Under the pieces are notes generated by a model that was not told the DNA's origin, did not search any database, and saw only the letters and a program-made list of their open reading frames with translations. Below are positions 1 through 12,875 of a stretch of DNA of 64,000 nt, piece by piece; the stretch's first letter is position 1, and each line of letters starts with the position of its first letter. Position numbers and translations under genes: made by a program. The DNA lies in the NCBI GenBank assembly GCA_005883675.1, contig VBCM01000097.1, forward strand, positions 11,543-75,542. The letters run 5' to 3'. Origin of the DNA: Betaproteobacteria bacterium. GTDB taxonomy: Bacteria; Pseudomonadota; Gammaproteobacteria; Burkholderiales; SG8-39.

Positions 1-705
1 GTGCGCGAACGCGAGCGGCAGTTCTCCTTCGTCTCGCAGAAGCGCATCGCCGTGGGCATGCTGCTCGGCAGCCGCGGCCGCCTCCTGGAAGTGGGCTGCG
101 GGCCGGGAATCATGCTGCCGGATCTGCTTGCCATGGGGTGCGAGGTGCACGCCATCGACATTTCGGCGGAGATGATCCGCCGTGCCGAGCAGCGCATGAG
201 CGGCCATCCGCTCGCCAGGCGCTGCCACCTCGGCGTGGGCGACGTCGAGCGACTGGAATTCGGCGAGGGCTCGTTCGACGCCGTTCTCGCCATGGGCGTG
301 CTCGAATACCTGCCGGCGCGCGAGGGCGCGCTACGCGAGATGTTGCGCGTGCTCAAGCCGGGCGGCCACCTCGTGCTGACGGTTCCCAACCGCGCCGCGG
401 CTTATCATCTCGCCGCCTCGGCCTATCTGGCCGTCCGCCGGCTCGTCGGGCGGCCGCGACGCACCGCGTATCCGGCAATGCCATGCCTGCCCTGGACGCT
501 CGACCGCGAGCTCGCGGAGCTCGGCATGCGCAAGATCGAAAGCCAGGCGTGTAACTTCATTTTCTTTCCGCTGAAGGAAATGCACGAGCGGGCTTCCGAC
601 GCGCTCAACCGGGCGCTCGCGCCGATCTCGCGGCTGCCGATCGCGCCACTCCTTGGCGCGCAATACATCGTCAAGGCGCAAAAGACGGCTTGGCGATACG
701 CGTAG
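1..705 (+). CDS. class I SAM-dependent methyltransferase (may continue upstream of the window)
   Basis: ORF 1..705 begins at the window edge. SAM-binding motif LEVGCGPG, then HAIDIS and LKPGGHLVL. Confidence 0.8.
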   Translation: MRERERQFSFVSQKRIAVGMLLGSRGRLLEVGCGPGIMLPDLLAMGCEVHAIDISAEMIRRAEQRMSGHPLARRCHLGVGDVERLEFGEGSFDAVLAMGVLEYLPAREGALREMLRVLKPGGHLVLTVPNRAAAYHLAASAYLAVRRLVGRPRRTAYPAMPCLPWTLDRELAELGMRKIESQACNFIFFPLKEMHERASDALNRALAPISRLPIAPLLGAQYIVKAQKTAWRYA

Positions 706-1079
706 TACGCCTGGGAACTGCACGGCGCCCCGGGGAAGGTTTGCGCATCGGCGTGGTGCGCCGTGCGCCGCGCGGCGTGCGCAAGTCAGACTACGCGCGC
801 CGCGGCTACTACGACGTGTGGCTGCCGGAGCTCGCGCCGAGCGAGAAATGGGTGAGCTGGGCGCTCTCCCAGCCGTGGACCGATGCGCGCTGGCGAAAAT
901 ACGCGCGCAACTATCACCGCGAGATGCGCGAGCCGCGCGCACAGCGGCTAATCGACCTGCTCGCCGCGTTGTCAAGGCACAGCAACGTTTCGATCGGCTG
1001 CTACTGCGAGCGCGCGGAGCGCTGTCATCGCTCGCTGCTCGCGGAACTTCTGGCACGCCGCGGTGCCAAGCTTGCATGA
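690..1079 (+). CDS. DUF488 family protein
   Basis: ORF 690..1079 with TTG start. Family-typical WLPELAPS and a C-terminal CYCE..RCHR block, recognised from memory. Confidence 0.7.
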   Translation: MAIRVVRLGTARRPGEGLRIGVVRRAPRGVRKSDYARRGYYDVWLPELAPSEKWVSWALSQPWTDARWRKYARNYHREMREPRAQRLIDLLAALSRHSNVSIGCYCERAERCHRSLLAELLARRGAKLA

Positions 1080-1234
1080 GCACCACCAGACAGCGGCGCG
1101 CCGCGCGCCGCAACATCGGCAAGGCCGCGACGGCCGCCCGGCGCAAGCGCACCATCTCGCACCTGCCGAAGAAGACGCGGCGTGCGCTCGGAAGACAGGC
1201 TTCTAAGGTGGCGAAGCGCCGCCGTAAGCGCTAG
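1076..1234 (+). CDS. hypothetical small Arg/Lys-rich protein (52 aa)
   Basis: ATG 1076 overlaps the DUF488 stop (ATGA), in frame with ORF 653..1234. Third codon positions are mostly G/C. No family recognised. Confidence 0.4.
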   Translation: MSTTRQRRAARRNIGKAATAARRKRTISHLPKKTRRALGRQASKVAKRRRKR

Positions 1235-1237
1235 GCG

Positions 1238-2512
1238 CTAGGCGCCTTCCCTGCCCGCCGAGCCGATCGAGAGATCGGCGAGCCCCGAGCGCATCATGTA
1301 CCAGAAGAGCGCCACGCCCGGGAGCGCGATGATCGTGGTGAGCAGGTAGAAGTTGACGTAGCCGATCGCCTCGATCAGCGCGCCAACCGTCGTGCCGGTA
1401 ATGAAGCGCCCGGCGATGCTCGCGAGCGCGGAGAGCAGCGCGTACTGGGTCGCGGTGAAGCGCAGATTGCAAAGCGCTGAGAGATACGCGACCACCGTGA
1501 CGCCGCCCATGCCGCTCGCGAAGTTCTCGAAGCCGATCGCCGCTGCCATGCCGAGGTTCGTATGGCCGGCGGCGGCAAGCGCGGCAAAGCTGAAATTCGA
1601 CACCGCCATCAGCACCAGGCTGATCAGCACCGAGCGCTTCATCCCCAGGCGGGCATAGGCGATGCCGCCGATGAAGATGCCCACCAGCAGCGCCACGAAG
1701 CCGACGCCGACGTCGTAGAACGCGATCTCGTCATTCGTGAAGCCAAGGTCCGCGAAGAGCAGGCGCAACGTCAGGTTCGCGAGCGTGTCGCCGATCTTGA
1801 GGAATTCGACAAGCGGGCTGAAGTAGGCCACGATCGCCGCGAGCGCGCCATGCGACCTGGCCGGTTCCCGGTGCCGCGCGGGCTCGCCCATGACGAGCGC
1901 AACGAGCATCGCCGGCAGGGCGAACGCGGCGCAGGCGACATAGGCCACGGTCCAGCCCGCGCGCTGCGCCAGCACGAGCGCGAGCGCGCCCGCCGCAGCG
2001 GCGCCGATGCGCCAGCCATACTGCGACATGCCCGAGCCGACGCCGAGCTGGCGCGGCGCGAGGAGCTCGATGCGATACGCATCGATGATGATGTCGAAGG
2101 TCGCCCCGGCCACGCCGAGCGCGATCGCAGCGAGCGCCACGACGGAGAGCGCCGAGCCCGGATCGGCGAAGCCGAGAAACGCCACCGCCGCCATGACGAG
2201 CGCGCCAAGCGCCCACAGCCAGCTGCGGCGCTGGCCGAAGCGGCCGATAAATGGCAGCCGCAGGTTGTCGACGATCGGCGCCCAGAGGAACTTGAAGTTG
2301 TAGGCGAGGAAGGTGAGCGCAAAAGCGGTCACCGCGCTCTTGGTGATGCCGTGCTGCGCGAGGCGCGTGGTAAGCGTGGCGCCGATCATGGAGAAGGCGA
2401 AGCCGGAGGAGATGCCGAGAAAGAGCGCCGCGAGCGGCGCCGCCTCGAAGTAGGGCCGCACGCCTGGCGGCAGGCTCAAGCGCCAGTCGCCGCGCTCAGA
2501 GCGCGTGGTCAT
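1238..2512 (-). CDS. ampG: AmpG-family muropeptide MFS permease (possible in-frame loss of one TM helix near 1798)
   Basis: ORF 1238..2629. Internal ATG 2512 gives [10 protein letters not shown]. Family blocks [12 protein letters not shown] and [14 protein letters not shown]. Confidence 0.85.
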   Translation of the reverse strand: MTTRSERGDWRLSLPPGVRPYFEAAPLAALFLGISSGFAFSMIGATLTTRLAQHGITKSAVTAFALTFLAYNFKFLWAPIVDNLRLPFIGRFGQRRSWLWALGALVMAAVAFLGFADPGSALSVVALAAIALGVAGATFDIIIDAYRIELLAPRQLGVGSGMSQYGWRIGAAAAGALALVLAQRAGWTVAYVACAAFALPAMLVALVMGEPARHREPARSHGALAAIVAYFSPLVEFLKIGDTLANLTLRLLFADLGFTNDEIAFYDVGVGFVALLVGIFIGGIAYARLGMKRSVLISLVLMAVSNFSFAALAAAGHTNLGMAAAIGFENFASGMGGVTVVAYLSALCNLRFTATQYALLSALASIAGRFITGTTVGALIEAIGYVNFYLLTTIIALPGVALFWYMMRSGLADLSIGSAGREGA

Positions 2513-3269
2513 AGTCGATCGTGAGCGGCGCGTGATCGGAGAAGCGCCGGCGCTTGTAGATCGACTCTCGGACCGCTCTTCCGGCGATGCCCGGCGTGGC
2601 GATCTGGTAATCAAGGCGCCAGCCGACATTCTTGGCCCAGGCCCGGCCGCGGTTGGACCACCAGGTGTACTGGTCGGGCTTGTCGTTCAAACGCCGGAAG
2701 ACGTCGACGAAGCCGATCTCATCGAAGACGCGCGTGAGCCAGGCGCGCTCCTCGGGCAGGAAGCCCGAGTTCTTCTGGTTCGAGCGCCAGTTGCGCAGAT
2801 CGATCTCCTTGTGCGCGATGTTCCAGTCGCCGCACAGGATGATTTCGGAGTTGCGCTCGCGCAGCCGCTTGAGATGCAGAAGGAACTGCTTGAGGAAGCG
2901 GAACTTCGATGCTTGCCGATGGGGCCCGGCCGACCCCGAGGGCAGATAAACGGACACCACCCAGAGTCTGCCGAAGCGCGCCTCGACGTAGCGCCCTTCG
3001 GTGTCGAACTCGCGGCTGGCGAAGCCGCGCCGCACCTCGTCGGGTGTCTTCCGGCTGTAGAGCGCCACGCCGCTGTAGCCCTTCTTCTCGGCGAAGGCGT
3101 GGCAGCTTTCGTAGAGCTTGAGCCCGTGCAGCTTCGCATCGAGGTCGGTCTCGTGGCATTTCAGCTCCTGGAGGCAGACGACGTCCGGCTGCTGCGCGGC
3201 GAGCCAGCGGAACAGTCCCTTCTTTGCCGCCGAGCGTACGCCGTTGACGTTGAGCGTTATTACTCTCAA
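2496..3269 (-). CDS. xth: exodeoxyribonuclease III
   Basis: C-terminal 257 aa of ORF 2496..3914 ([10 protein letters not shown]...[11 protein letters not shown]). TTG 3269 overlaps the out-of-frame pyrE stop (TTGA). Confidence 0.9.
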   Translation of the reverse strand: MRVITLNVNGVRSAAKKGLFRWLAAQQPDVVCLQELKCHETDLDAKLHGLKLYESCHAFAEKKGYSGVALYSRKTPDEVRRGFASREFDTEGRYVEARFGRLWVVSVYLPSGSAGPHRQASKFRFLKQFLLHLKRLRERNSEIILCGDWNIAHKEIDLRNWRSNQKNSGFLPEERAWLTRVFDEIGFVDVFRRLNDKPDQYTWWSNRGRAWAKNVGWRLDYQIATPGIAGRAVRESIYKRRRFSDHAPLTIDYDHAL

Positions 3270-3914
3270 CCGCTGGGAAAAGCCGCCACGCCGCCATGCG
3301 CCGCGGACCATTTCGCCGGCTCGTGCAGGAAGCGCTCGACCTCGGCGATCTGTGCCGCAGCCAGGTAGCGGTCCTTGCAGCCGCACGTTCAGATCGGCAA
3401 GCGTCTGCCTGGCCTCGGGGAAGATGTCGTAGTAGAAGTTGACGAACACGTGCTCGACGACGGCGCCCGCTTCGCGCAGCGCCTGGCAGAAATTGATCTT
3501 CGAGCGCCCGTCGGTAGTGAGGTCCTCCACCAGCAGCGTGCGCGCGCCGGCGCGAATGTCGCCCTCGATCTGGGCGTTGCGGCCAAAGCCCTTGGGCTTT
3601 TTTCTCACATACTGCATCGGCAGGCCGAGGCGATCGGCGAGCCAGGCGGCGTAGGGAATGCCGGCCGTCTCGCCGCCGGCGACCACGTCAAATTGCTCGA
3701 ATCCGGCGTCGCGTGCCAGCGTGACCGCGGCGAAGTCCACGAGCTGCCCGCGGATCCGCGGATAAAAGATGAGCTTGCGGCAGTCGATGTACACCGGGCT
3801 CGCCCAGCCCGAGGTGAAGACGAAGGGCTTCGCCTCGTAGAACAGCACCGCCTTCACTTCCAGCAGCATCCGCGCGGTGATTTCGGCGATGACCGCCTTG
3901 TCGGCAAAGTGCAT
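3266..3914 (-). pseudogene. pyrE: orotate phosphoribosyltransferase, internal loss plus frame change near 3377
   Basis: The N-terminal 179 aa are PyrE (PRPP motif [10 protein letters not shown]). The true C-terminus [29 protein letters not shown] lies in another frame, with TGA at 3266-3268. The 649-nt span is not a multiple of 3. Confidence 0.8.
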
Positions 3915-3969
3915 GTGCGGCGCGGATTTTAGCAGCTACAATCGGCGCATTCGTCTCGGGAGGGACGCG

Positions 3970-4587
3970 ATGCTAAAAACGACAATGCTCGCGGCGCTCA
4001 TGATCGCGCCGCTCGGCGCGCTGGCGCAGGCCACCTACCGCTGCACCACCGCGGACGGCAAGAAATACTACGGCTCCACCATTCCGATGCAGTGCATGGG
4101 GCACCGCGTGGAGCAGCTCAACTCGCAGGGTCTCGTCGTACGGCGCATCGATCCGGAGGGCGAGCAAAAAGAGCGCGAAGAAAAGGCCGCGGCCGCCGCC
4201 AAGGCGAAGGAGGAAGAAGCTGCCACGCGCGAGGAGTCGCGCCGCAATCGCGCGCTGCTTGCCACCTACACGAGCGAGCGCGACATCGACGATTCCCGCG
4301 CCCGCGCGCTGGCCGACCACCGTAGCGCCGTACAGGACGTCGAAACCAAGATCGATGCGCTGAAGAACCGTCGCGCCGGCTACGACAAGGAGCGCGAGTT
4401 CTACAAAGACAAGAAGGGCAACAGCCAACCGCCGGCCAAGCTTGTCGAAGACATCAACAGCCTCGAGGTCGACCTGAAAGTGCAGGAAGAGCTGCTCGCG
4501 ACGAAGAAGAAGGAAGTCGACCTCATCAACGCAAGATACGATCAGGACAAGAAGCGCTACATCCAGCTCACCCGGCGGCCCAAGTAA
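3970..4587 (+). CDS. DUF4124 domain-containing secreted protein
   Basis: ATG 3970 in ORF 3877..4587. Signal peptide MLKTTMLAALMIAPLGALAQA, then YRCTTADGKKYYGS and a charged coiled-coil-like tail. Confidence 0.75.
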   Translation: MLKTTMLAALMIAPLGALAQATYRCTTADGKKYYGSTIPMQCMGHRVEQLNSQGLVVRRIDPEGEQKEREEKAAAAAKAKEEEAATREESRRNRALLATYTSERDIDDSRARALADHRSAVQDVETKIDALKNRRAGYDKEREFYKDKKGNSQPPAKLVEDINSLEVDLKVQEELLATKKKEVDLINARYDQDKKRYIQLTRRPK

Positions 4588-6620
<2,033 letters not shown>

Positions 6621-6624
<4 letters not shown>

Positions 6625-8081
6625 AGCGGCGTCTCGCGCGGTACGCGCAGATGCCAGTCGGTCGCCTGCTGGTAGCGGTGGGCGATGCCGAGGAGCCGCG
6701 CTTCGGAAAAATAATTGCCGGTGAGCTGCAGCCCGACCGGCAGGCCGGCGGCATCGAAGCCGCAAGGGATCGAGAGCGCGGGAAGCCCCGCGAGCGGCGC
6801 GGAGACGGTAAAGATGTCGTCCAAGTACATCTGCACCGGGTCGTCGACTTTGGCGCCGATCGGGAAAGCCGTCGTGGGCGACGTCGGCCCCATGATGACA
6901 TCGCAGCGCTCGAAGGCCTGGGCGAAATCGCCCGCGATCAGCCGCCGCACTTTCTGCGCCTGGACGTAATAGGCATCGTAGTAGCCGTGCGAGAGCACGT
7001 AGGTGCCCACCAGGATGCGGCGCTTGACCTCGGCGCCGAAGCCTTCGGCGCGCGTGCGGCAATACATGTCGATGAGATCGCGGTACCGGGCGGCGCGGTG
7101 GCCGTAGCGCACGCCGTCGAAGCGCGCGAGATTGGACGATGCCTCCGCCGGCGCGATCACGTAGTACACCGGCACGCCGAGACGGGCATTCGGCAGCTCG
7201 AGCTCGACCCGGCGCGCGCCGCGCGATTCGTACCAGCGCACCGCCTCCTCCACCGCCGCGCGTACGCCGGCATAGATGCCCTCGCCGAAGTACTCGCGCG
7301 GGAGCCCCAAGCGCAGGCCGCGCAGATCGATGTCCAGGGAGCGCGCGTAGTCCTCTTTGGGCCGGTCGAGGCTGGTCGAGTCGCGCGCATCGAACCCGGC
7401 CATCGCGCTCATGAGAAGCGCGAGATCGGCAGCGCTCTTCGCGAGCGGGCCGGCCTGGTCGAGCGAGGAGGCGAACGCGACGATGCCGTAGCGCGACACC
7501 ACGCCGTAGGTGGGCTTCAGGCCCGAGACGCCGCACATGGCAGCGGGCTGGCGCACCGAGCCGCCGGTGTCGGTGCCGGTCGCCGCGGGCACGAGCCGCG
7601 CTGCGACCGCGGCAGCCGAGCCGCCGGAGGAGCCGCCCGGCACGAGGCGCTTGTCCCACGGGTTGCGCACTGCGCCGAAGTGCGACGCTTCGCTTGAGGA
7701 ACCCATGGCGAACTCGTCCATGTTGCATTTGCCGAGGAGCGCCATGCCCGCCCGGGCGAGCTGCTCCACGACATGGGCGTCGTAGGGGCTGACGTAGTCC
7801 GCAAGCATGCGCGAGCCGCAGGTCGTGCGCAGGCTGCGGGTGCAGAAGATGTCCTTGTGGGCGAGCGGAATGCCGGTGAGCGGGCCGGCATCGCCGCGCG
7901 CACGCCGCTCGTCCGCCTGTCGCGCGGCCGCGAGCGCCACCTCCTCGCCGACGCTGATGAAGCTGTTCAGCTCGCGGTCGAGGCGTGCGATACGCTCGAG
8001 GCACAGGCGCGTCAGCTCGACCGAGGAAACCTGCTTGGCCGCGAGCGCGCGCGAGAGCTCGCCGAGCGTGGCGTTGAGCAC
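6621..8081 (-). CDS. gatA: Asp/Glu-tRNA amidotransferase subunit A
   Basis: 486-aa ORF with amidase signature [12 protein letters not shown] and full-length family match. Confidence 0.95.
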
Positions 8082-8082
8082 G

Positions 8083-8370
8083 CTACTCGATCACTTTCGG
8101 CACGAGGTAGAGGCCCTCTTCGACCGCCGGGGCGACCGATTGATAAAGCGCGCGCTGATCGATCTCGCGCGCCTCGTCGGGCCGCAGCCGCTGTGCCGTA
8201 TCGACGGCGTGCGCCATCGGCTCGATGCCGCGCGTGTCGACCGCGCGCATCTCTTCGATCAAGCCGAGCACGCGATTCAGCCGCTCGAGCACCGCCGCCT
8301 CATCGGCAGGCTCGATGGCGATGCGAGCGAGACGCGCAAGGCGTCGCACGTCGTCGGGGGTAAGCGACAT
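8083..8370 (-). CDS. gatC: Asp/Glu-tRNA amidotransferase subunit C
   Basis: Internal ATG 8370 of ORF 8083..8400 ([17 protein letters not shown]...), directly upstream of gatA. Confidence 0.9.
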   Translation of the reverse strand: MSLTPDDVRRLARLARIAIEPADEAAVLERLNRVLGLIEEMRAVDTRGIEPMAHAVDTAQRLRPDEAREIDQRALYQSVAPAVEEGLYLVPKVIE

Positions 8371-8508
8371 TTCCTTCGGACCAGGGAAGCTCGGGGACAA
8401 TTGCCTTATCGCCCGTAGCGTCGTTAGCGTATCATAGCGGCCATTTCCCGGGACCTTGGCGCGGAGGCTAAGGCCCGATTTAGTAAACGAAAAAGCGGAA
8501 ACTCATAA

Positions 8509-9516
<1,008 letters not shown>

Positions 9517-9526
9517 AGTGTAGGGG

Positions 9527-10462
9527 GTGGACCATACCCCCCCGCCATTCTTCAAGCGCGGACCGGCGCCTCTCGTCCGCTTTTTCTTTTTTGCCTCGCT
9601 CTCGCTCGCCCTGCTGGTCATCGACGCCCGTTTTCGCTACGTGGAAGGTCTGCGTAGCTGGCTCGCGCTGGCGGCATACCCGCTGCAGCGCGCCGCCACT
9701 GCGCCGATCGATGTCGCCATGCGCGTCGGCGAATACTTCTCGACGCAGGCGAGCCTGATGGGGGAGAACGAGCGCCTGCGCGAGCGCGCGGCGGCGAACG
9801 CGCAGGACGCGCAACGCTACCGCGCCGCCGAGGCCGAGGCGGCGGAGCTGCGCCGGCAGATCGGCGCGGCGGAAAGGCTGCCGGTGCAGGCGACGCCGGC
9901 GGAAGTGCTCTACCTCAGCCGCGATCCGTACGCGCACAAGCTCTTCATCGATCGCGGCTCGGTGCAAGGCATCCGGCCCGGGAGCCCGGTCACCGATGAG
10001 ACGGGCGTGGTGGGCCAGGTGACGCGCGTGCACCCGCTCGTCTCCGAGGTGACGCTGCTCACCAATCCCGACCAGGCGATTCCGGTGCAAGTGATGCGCA
10101 ATGGCCTGCGCGCCGTCGCCTTCGGCGGCGGCAATGCCGGCACGCTCGAGCTGCGCTACATGCCGGCGAACGCCGAAGTGCGCACCGGCGATCAGCTCGT
10201 CACCTCGGGTATCGACGGCGTCTACCCGGCCGGCCTCGCCGTGGCGACGGTGACGAGCGTGGAGCGCGATATCGAGCACAGCTTCGCGCGTGTCGTGTGC
10301 AAGCCGGCCGCGGGCATCGATCGCGGGCGCTACGTGCTCGTGCTGACGAGCGACGTGCTGCGGCCGCCGCGCCCCGACGAGGTGCAGGCAGGCAAGGAGC
10401 GGCGCAGCGACAAGTCGCGCCGTGCCAGAGTCAAGGAAAGGCAGGCGGATGATTCCCAGTAG
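9527..10462 (+). CDS. mreC: rod-shape protein MreC
   Basis: GTG start. N-terminal TM segment plus typical MreC beta-domain blocks. Positioned after mreB. Confidence 0.9.
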   Translation: MDHTPPPFFKRGPAPLVRFFFFASLSLALLVIDARFRYVEGLRSWLALAAYPLQRAATAPIDVAMRVGEYFSTQASLMGENERLRERAAANAQDAQRYRAAEAEAAELRRQIGAAERLPVQATPAEVLYLSRDPYAHKLFIDRGSVQGIRPGSPVTDETGVVGQVTRVHPLVSEVTLLTNPDQAIPVQVMRNGLRAVAFGGGNAGTLELRYMPANAEVRTGDQLVTSGIDGVYPAGLAVATVTSVERDIEHSFARVVCKPAAGIDRGRYVLVLTSDVLRPPRPDEVQAGKERRSDKSRRARVKERQADDSQ

Positions 10463-10955
10463 CTCCCAGATCCTGCTGCCGGCGCGCATGAGCACCATCA
10501 TCGGCTCGTTCGCAGCGGCGCTGTTCCTGAATTTCCTGCCCTGGCGCGACCTGCGGCTCGTGCCCGACTTCGTGGCGCTGGTGCTCGCCTTCTGGTGCGT
10601 GCGTCAGCCGCGCCTCGTCGGCCTCGGCGTGGCCTGGACGCTCGGACTGCTCGCCGATGCCGGCAACGGCGTGCTCCTCGGCCAGCACGCGCTCGCCTAT
10701 TCGCTGCTCGCGTTTCTCGCCGTATGGCTTTCGCGCCGTATCCTGTGGTTTGGTCCGATGCTGCAGTCACTGCACGTGGCGCTCATCCTGCTCGTCGCGC
10801 AGACGGCGGTGCTGTTCGTGCGCCTCGCCGCCGGCGATCCCTTCCCCGGCTGGCCGATGTTCGTCAGCCCGCTGCTCGGCGCGGCGCTCTGGCCGGTGGT
10901 GACGTGGCTGCTGCTCCTCCCGCAGCGGAGGCGGCCGAGCGAGCAGGCGATCTAG
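10449..10955 (+). CDS. mreD: rod-shape protein MreD
   Basis: ATG 10449 in ORF 10422..10955. Polytopic membrane protein (QILLPARMSTIIGSFAAALFLNFLPW). Start overlaps the mreC end. Confidence 0.8.
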   Translation: MIPSSSQILLPARMSTIIGSFAAALFLNFLPWRDLRLVPDFVALVLAFWCVRQPRLVGLGVAWTLGLLADAGNGVLLGQHALAYSLLAFLAVWLSRRILWFGPMLQSLHVALILLVAQTAVLFVRLAAGDPFPGWPMFVSPLLGAALWPVVTWLLLLPQRRRPSEQAI

Positions 10956-12875
10956 ATGCGCGGCAGCGAGATCCGCAATTCCGAGCAGGAGCTGCAGCAG
11001 TTCCAGCTGCGCGTGGGCATCGCGGGGGTGGTGGTGATCGCCGCGTTCGCGCTGCTCGGGGCGCGCTTCCTCTGGCTGCAGGTGCTGCAGCACGATGTCT
11101 ACCAGGCAAAGGCGGAAGACAACCGCATCTCGATCGTGCCGGTCACGCCGAACCGCGGCCTGATCGTCGATCGCAACGGCGTGGTGATCGCGCGCAACTA
11201 TTCGGGCTACACGCTCGAGATCTACCCCGCCCGGGTGAAGAACATCGAGCGCACGATCGACGAGCTCACCGAATACGTCGACATCACCGCGCGCGACCGC
11301 GCGCGCTTCAGGAAGCTGCTCGCCGAGACGCGCAACGCCGAGAGCCTGCCGGTCAAGAACCGCCTGTCGGACGAGGAAGCCGCGAAGTTCGCGGCCAACC
11401 GCTACCGCTTCGAGGGCGTGGAGATCAAGGCGCGGCTCTTCCGCCAGTATCCTTTTGGCGACGTCGCCTCGCACGTCACCGGCTACATGGGACGCATCAA
11501 CCAGCAGGACCAGCAGAAGCTCGAGGACGAGGGCGTCGCCGCGAACTACCGCGGCACGGACTACATCGGCAAGGGCGGCGTCGAGGCAACGTATGAGGCG
11601 GAGCTGCACGGCAACACCGGCTTCGAGCAGGTCGAGATCGACGCCGCCGGGCGCGGCATCCGCACGCTCTCCCGCACGCCCTCGCAAGCCGGCAATAACC
11701 TGACCCTGGAACTGGACATGCGGCTGCAGCAGGTCGCCGAGATCGCCTTCGGCGAGCGGCGCGGCGCGCTCGTCGCCATCGATCCCGCGAGCGGCGGCGT
11801 GCTCGCGCTCGTCTCCAAGCCCGGTTTCGATCCGAATCTCTTCGTCGACGGCATCGACCCGCAGTACTGGGCGGAGCTCAACGGCTCGCCGGACAAGCCG
11901 CTCAACAACCGCGCTATTTCCGGCCTCTACCCGCCTGGCTCGACCATCAAGCCCTATCTCGCGCTCGCTGCTCTCGAGACCGGCAAGCGCAGGCCCTCGA
12001 GCAGCATCTTCGATCCCGGATTCTTCGATTTCGGCGGCCGGCGCTTCCGCGACGACAAGAAGGGCGGCCATGGCGTGGTCGACTTGTACAAGTCGATCGT
12101 CGAGTCCTGCGACACGTACTACTACCACCTGGCGAACGACATGGGCATCGACGCGATCGCACGCTTCCTCGGGCCGTTCGGCTTCGGCTCGAAGAGCGGC
12201 ATCGACCTCGCCGGGGAATTCGCCGGCGTGCTGCCTTCGCCTGAGTGGAAGATAAAGCGCTTCAAGCAGCCCGCGCAGCAGAAGTGGTTTCCCGGCGAGA
12301 CGATCTCGATCGGCATCGGCCAGGGCTATCACTCGTACACGCCGCTGCAGCTCGCGCAGGCGATGGCGATGCTCGCCACCGGCGGCACCATGTACAAGCC
12401 GCGCCTCATCGCGCACATCGACAATCCGCGCACGCTCGAGCGCCGCGACGTGCCATCCGAGGTCCTGCACAGCATCGCGCTGCGGCGCGACAACGTCGAG
12501 TTCATCAAGCGCTCCATGGCCGGCGTGAACAAGGAAGGCACGGCGCAGCGCGCCTTCGCCGGCGCCACCTACAGCGCCGGCGGCAAGACCGGCACCGCGC
12601 AGGTCATCGCCATCAAGCAGAACGAGAAGTATGAGGAAGCCAAGGTCGCCGAGCGCCACCGCGACCATTCGCTTTTCATCGCCTTCGCGCCGCTCGAAAA
12701 CCCACGCATCGCGCTCGCCATCGTGGTGGAGAACGGCGGCTTCGGTGCTCGCGCCGCGGCGCCGCTCGCGCGCACGGTGCTCGACTACTTCATGCTGGGC
12801 AAGGTCCCGGCGGGCATGGATCAGCCCACGCCGGAAGACGAAGCCGCCAGCGGCGAGGAGGACGAGAGCGACTGA
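10956..12875 (+). CDS. mrdA: penicillin-binding protein 2 (elongasome transpeptidase)
   Basis: 639 aa with STIKP (SxxK) and KTGTAQ motifs. Collinear with E. coli PBP2 as I recall it. Confidence 0.95.
   Translation: MRGSEIRNSEQELQQFQLRVGIAGVVVIAAFALLGARFLWLQVLQHDVYQAKAEDNRISIVPVTPNRGLIVDRNGVVIARNYSGYTLEIYPARVKNIERTIDELTEYVDITARDRARFRKLLAETRNAESLPVKNRLSDEEAAKFAANRYRFEGVEIKARLFRQYPFGDVASHVTGYMGRINQQDQQKLEDEGVAANYRGTDYIGKGGVEATYEAELHGNTGFEQVEIDAAGRGIRTLSRTPSQAGNNLTLELDMRLQQVAEIAFGERRGALVAIDPASGGVLALVSKPGFDPNLFVDGIDPQYWAELNGSPDKPLNNRAISGLYPPGSTIKPYLALAALETGKRRPSSSIFDPGFFDFGGRRFRDDKKGGHGVVDLYKSIVESCDTYYYHLANDMGIDAIARFLGPFGFGSKSGIDLAGEFAGVLPSPEWKIKRFKQPAQQKWFPGETISIGIGQGYHSYTPLQLAQAMAMLATGGTMYKPRLIAHIDNPRTLERRDVPSEVLHSIALRRDNVEFIKRSMAGVNKEGTAQRAFAGATYSAGGKTGTAQVIAIKQNEKYEEAKVAERHRDHSLFIAFAPLENPRIALAIVVENGGFGARAAAPLARTVLDYFMLGKVPAGMDQPTPEDEAASGEEDESD

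Noticed and set aside
6625-8004. The N-terminal 460 aa of the 1138-aa ORF 4588..8004, which would make a giant protein.
   Set aside because: This part overlaps gatA out of frame and is Arg/Pro/Ala-rich junk. The biologically sensible start is the ATG at 6624, coupled to the gatA stop.
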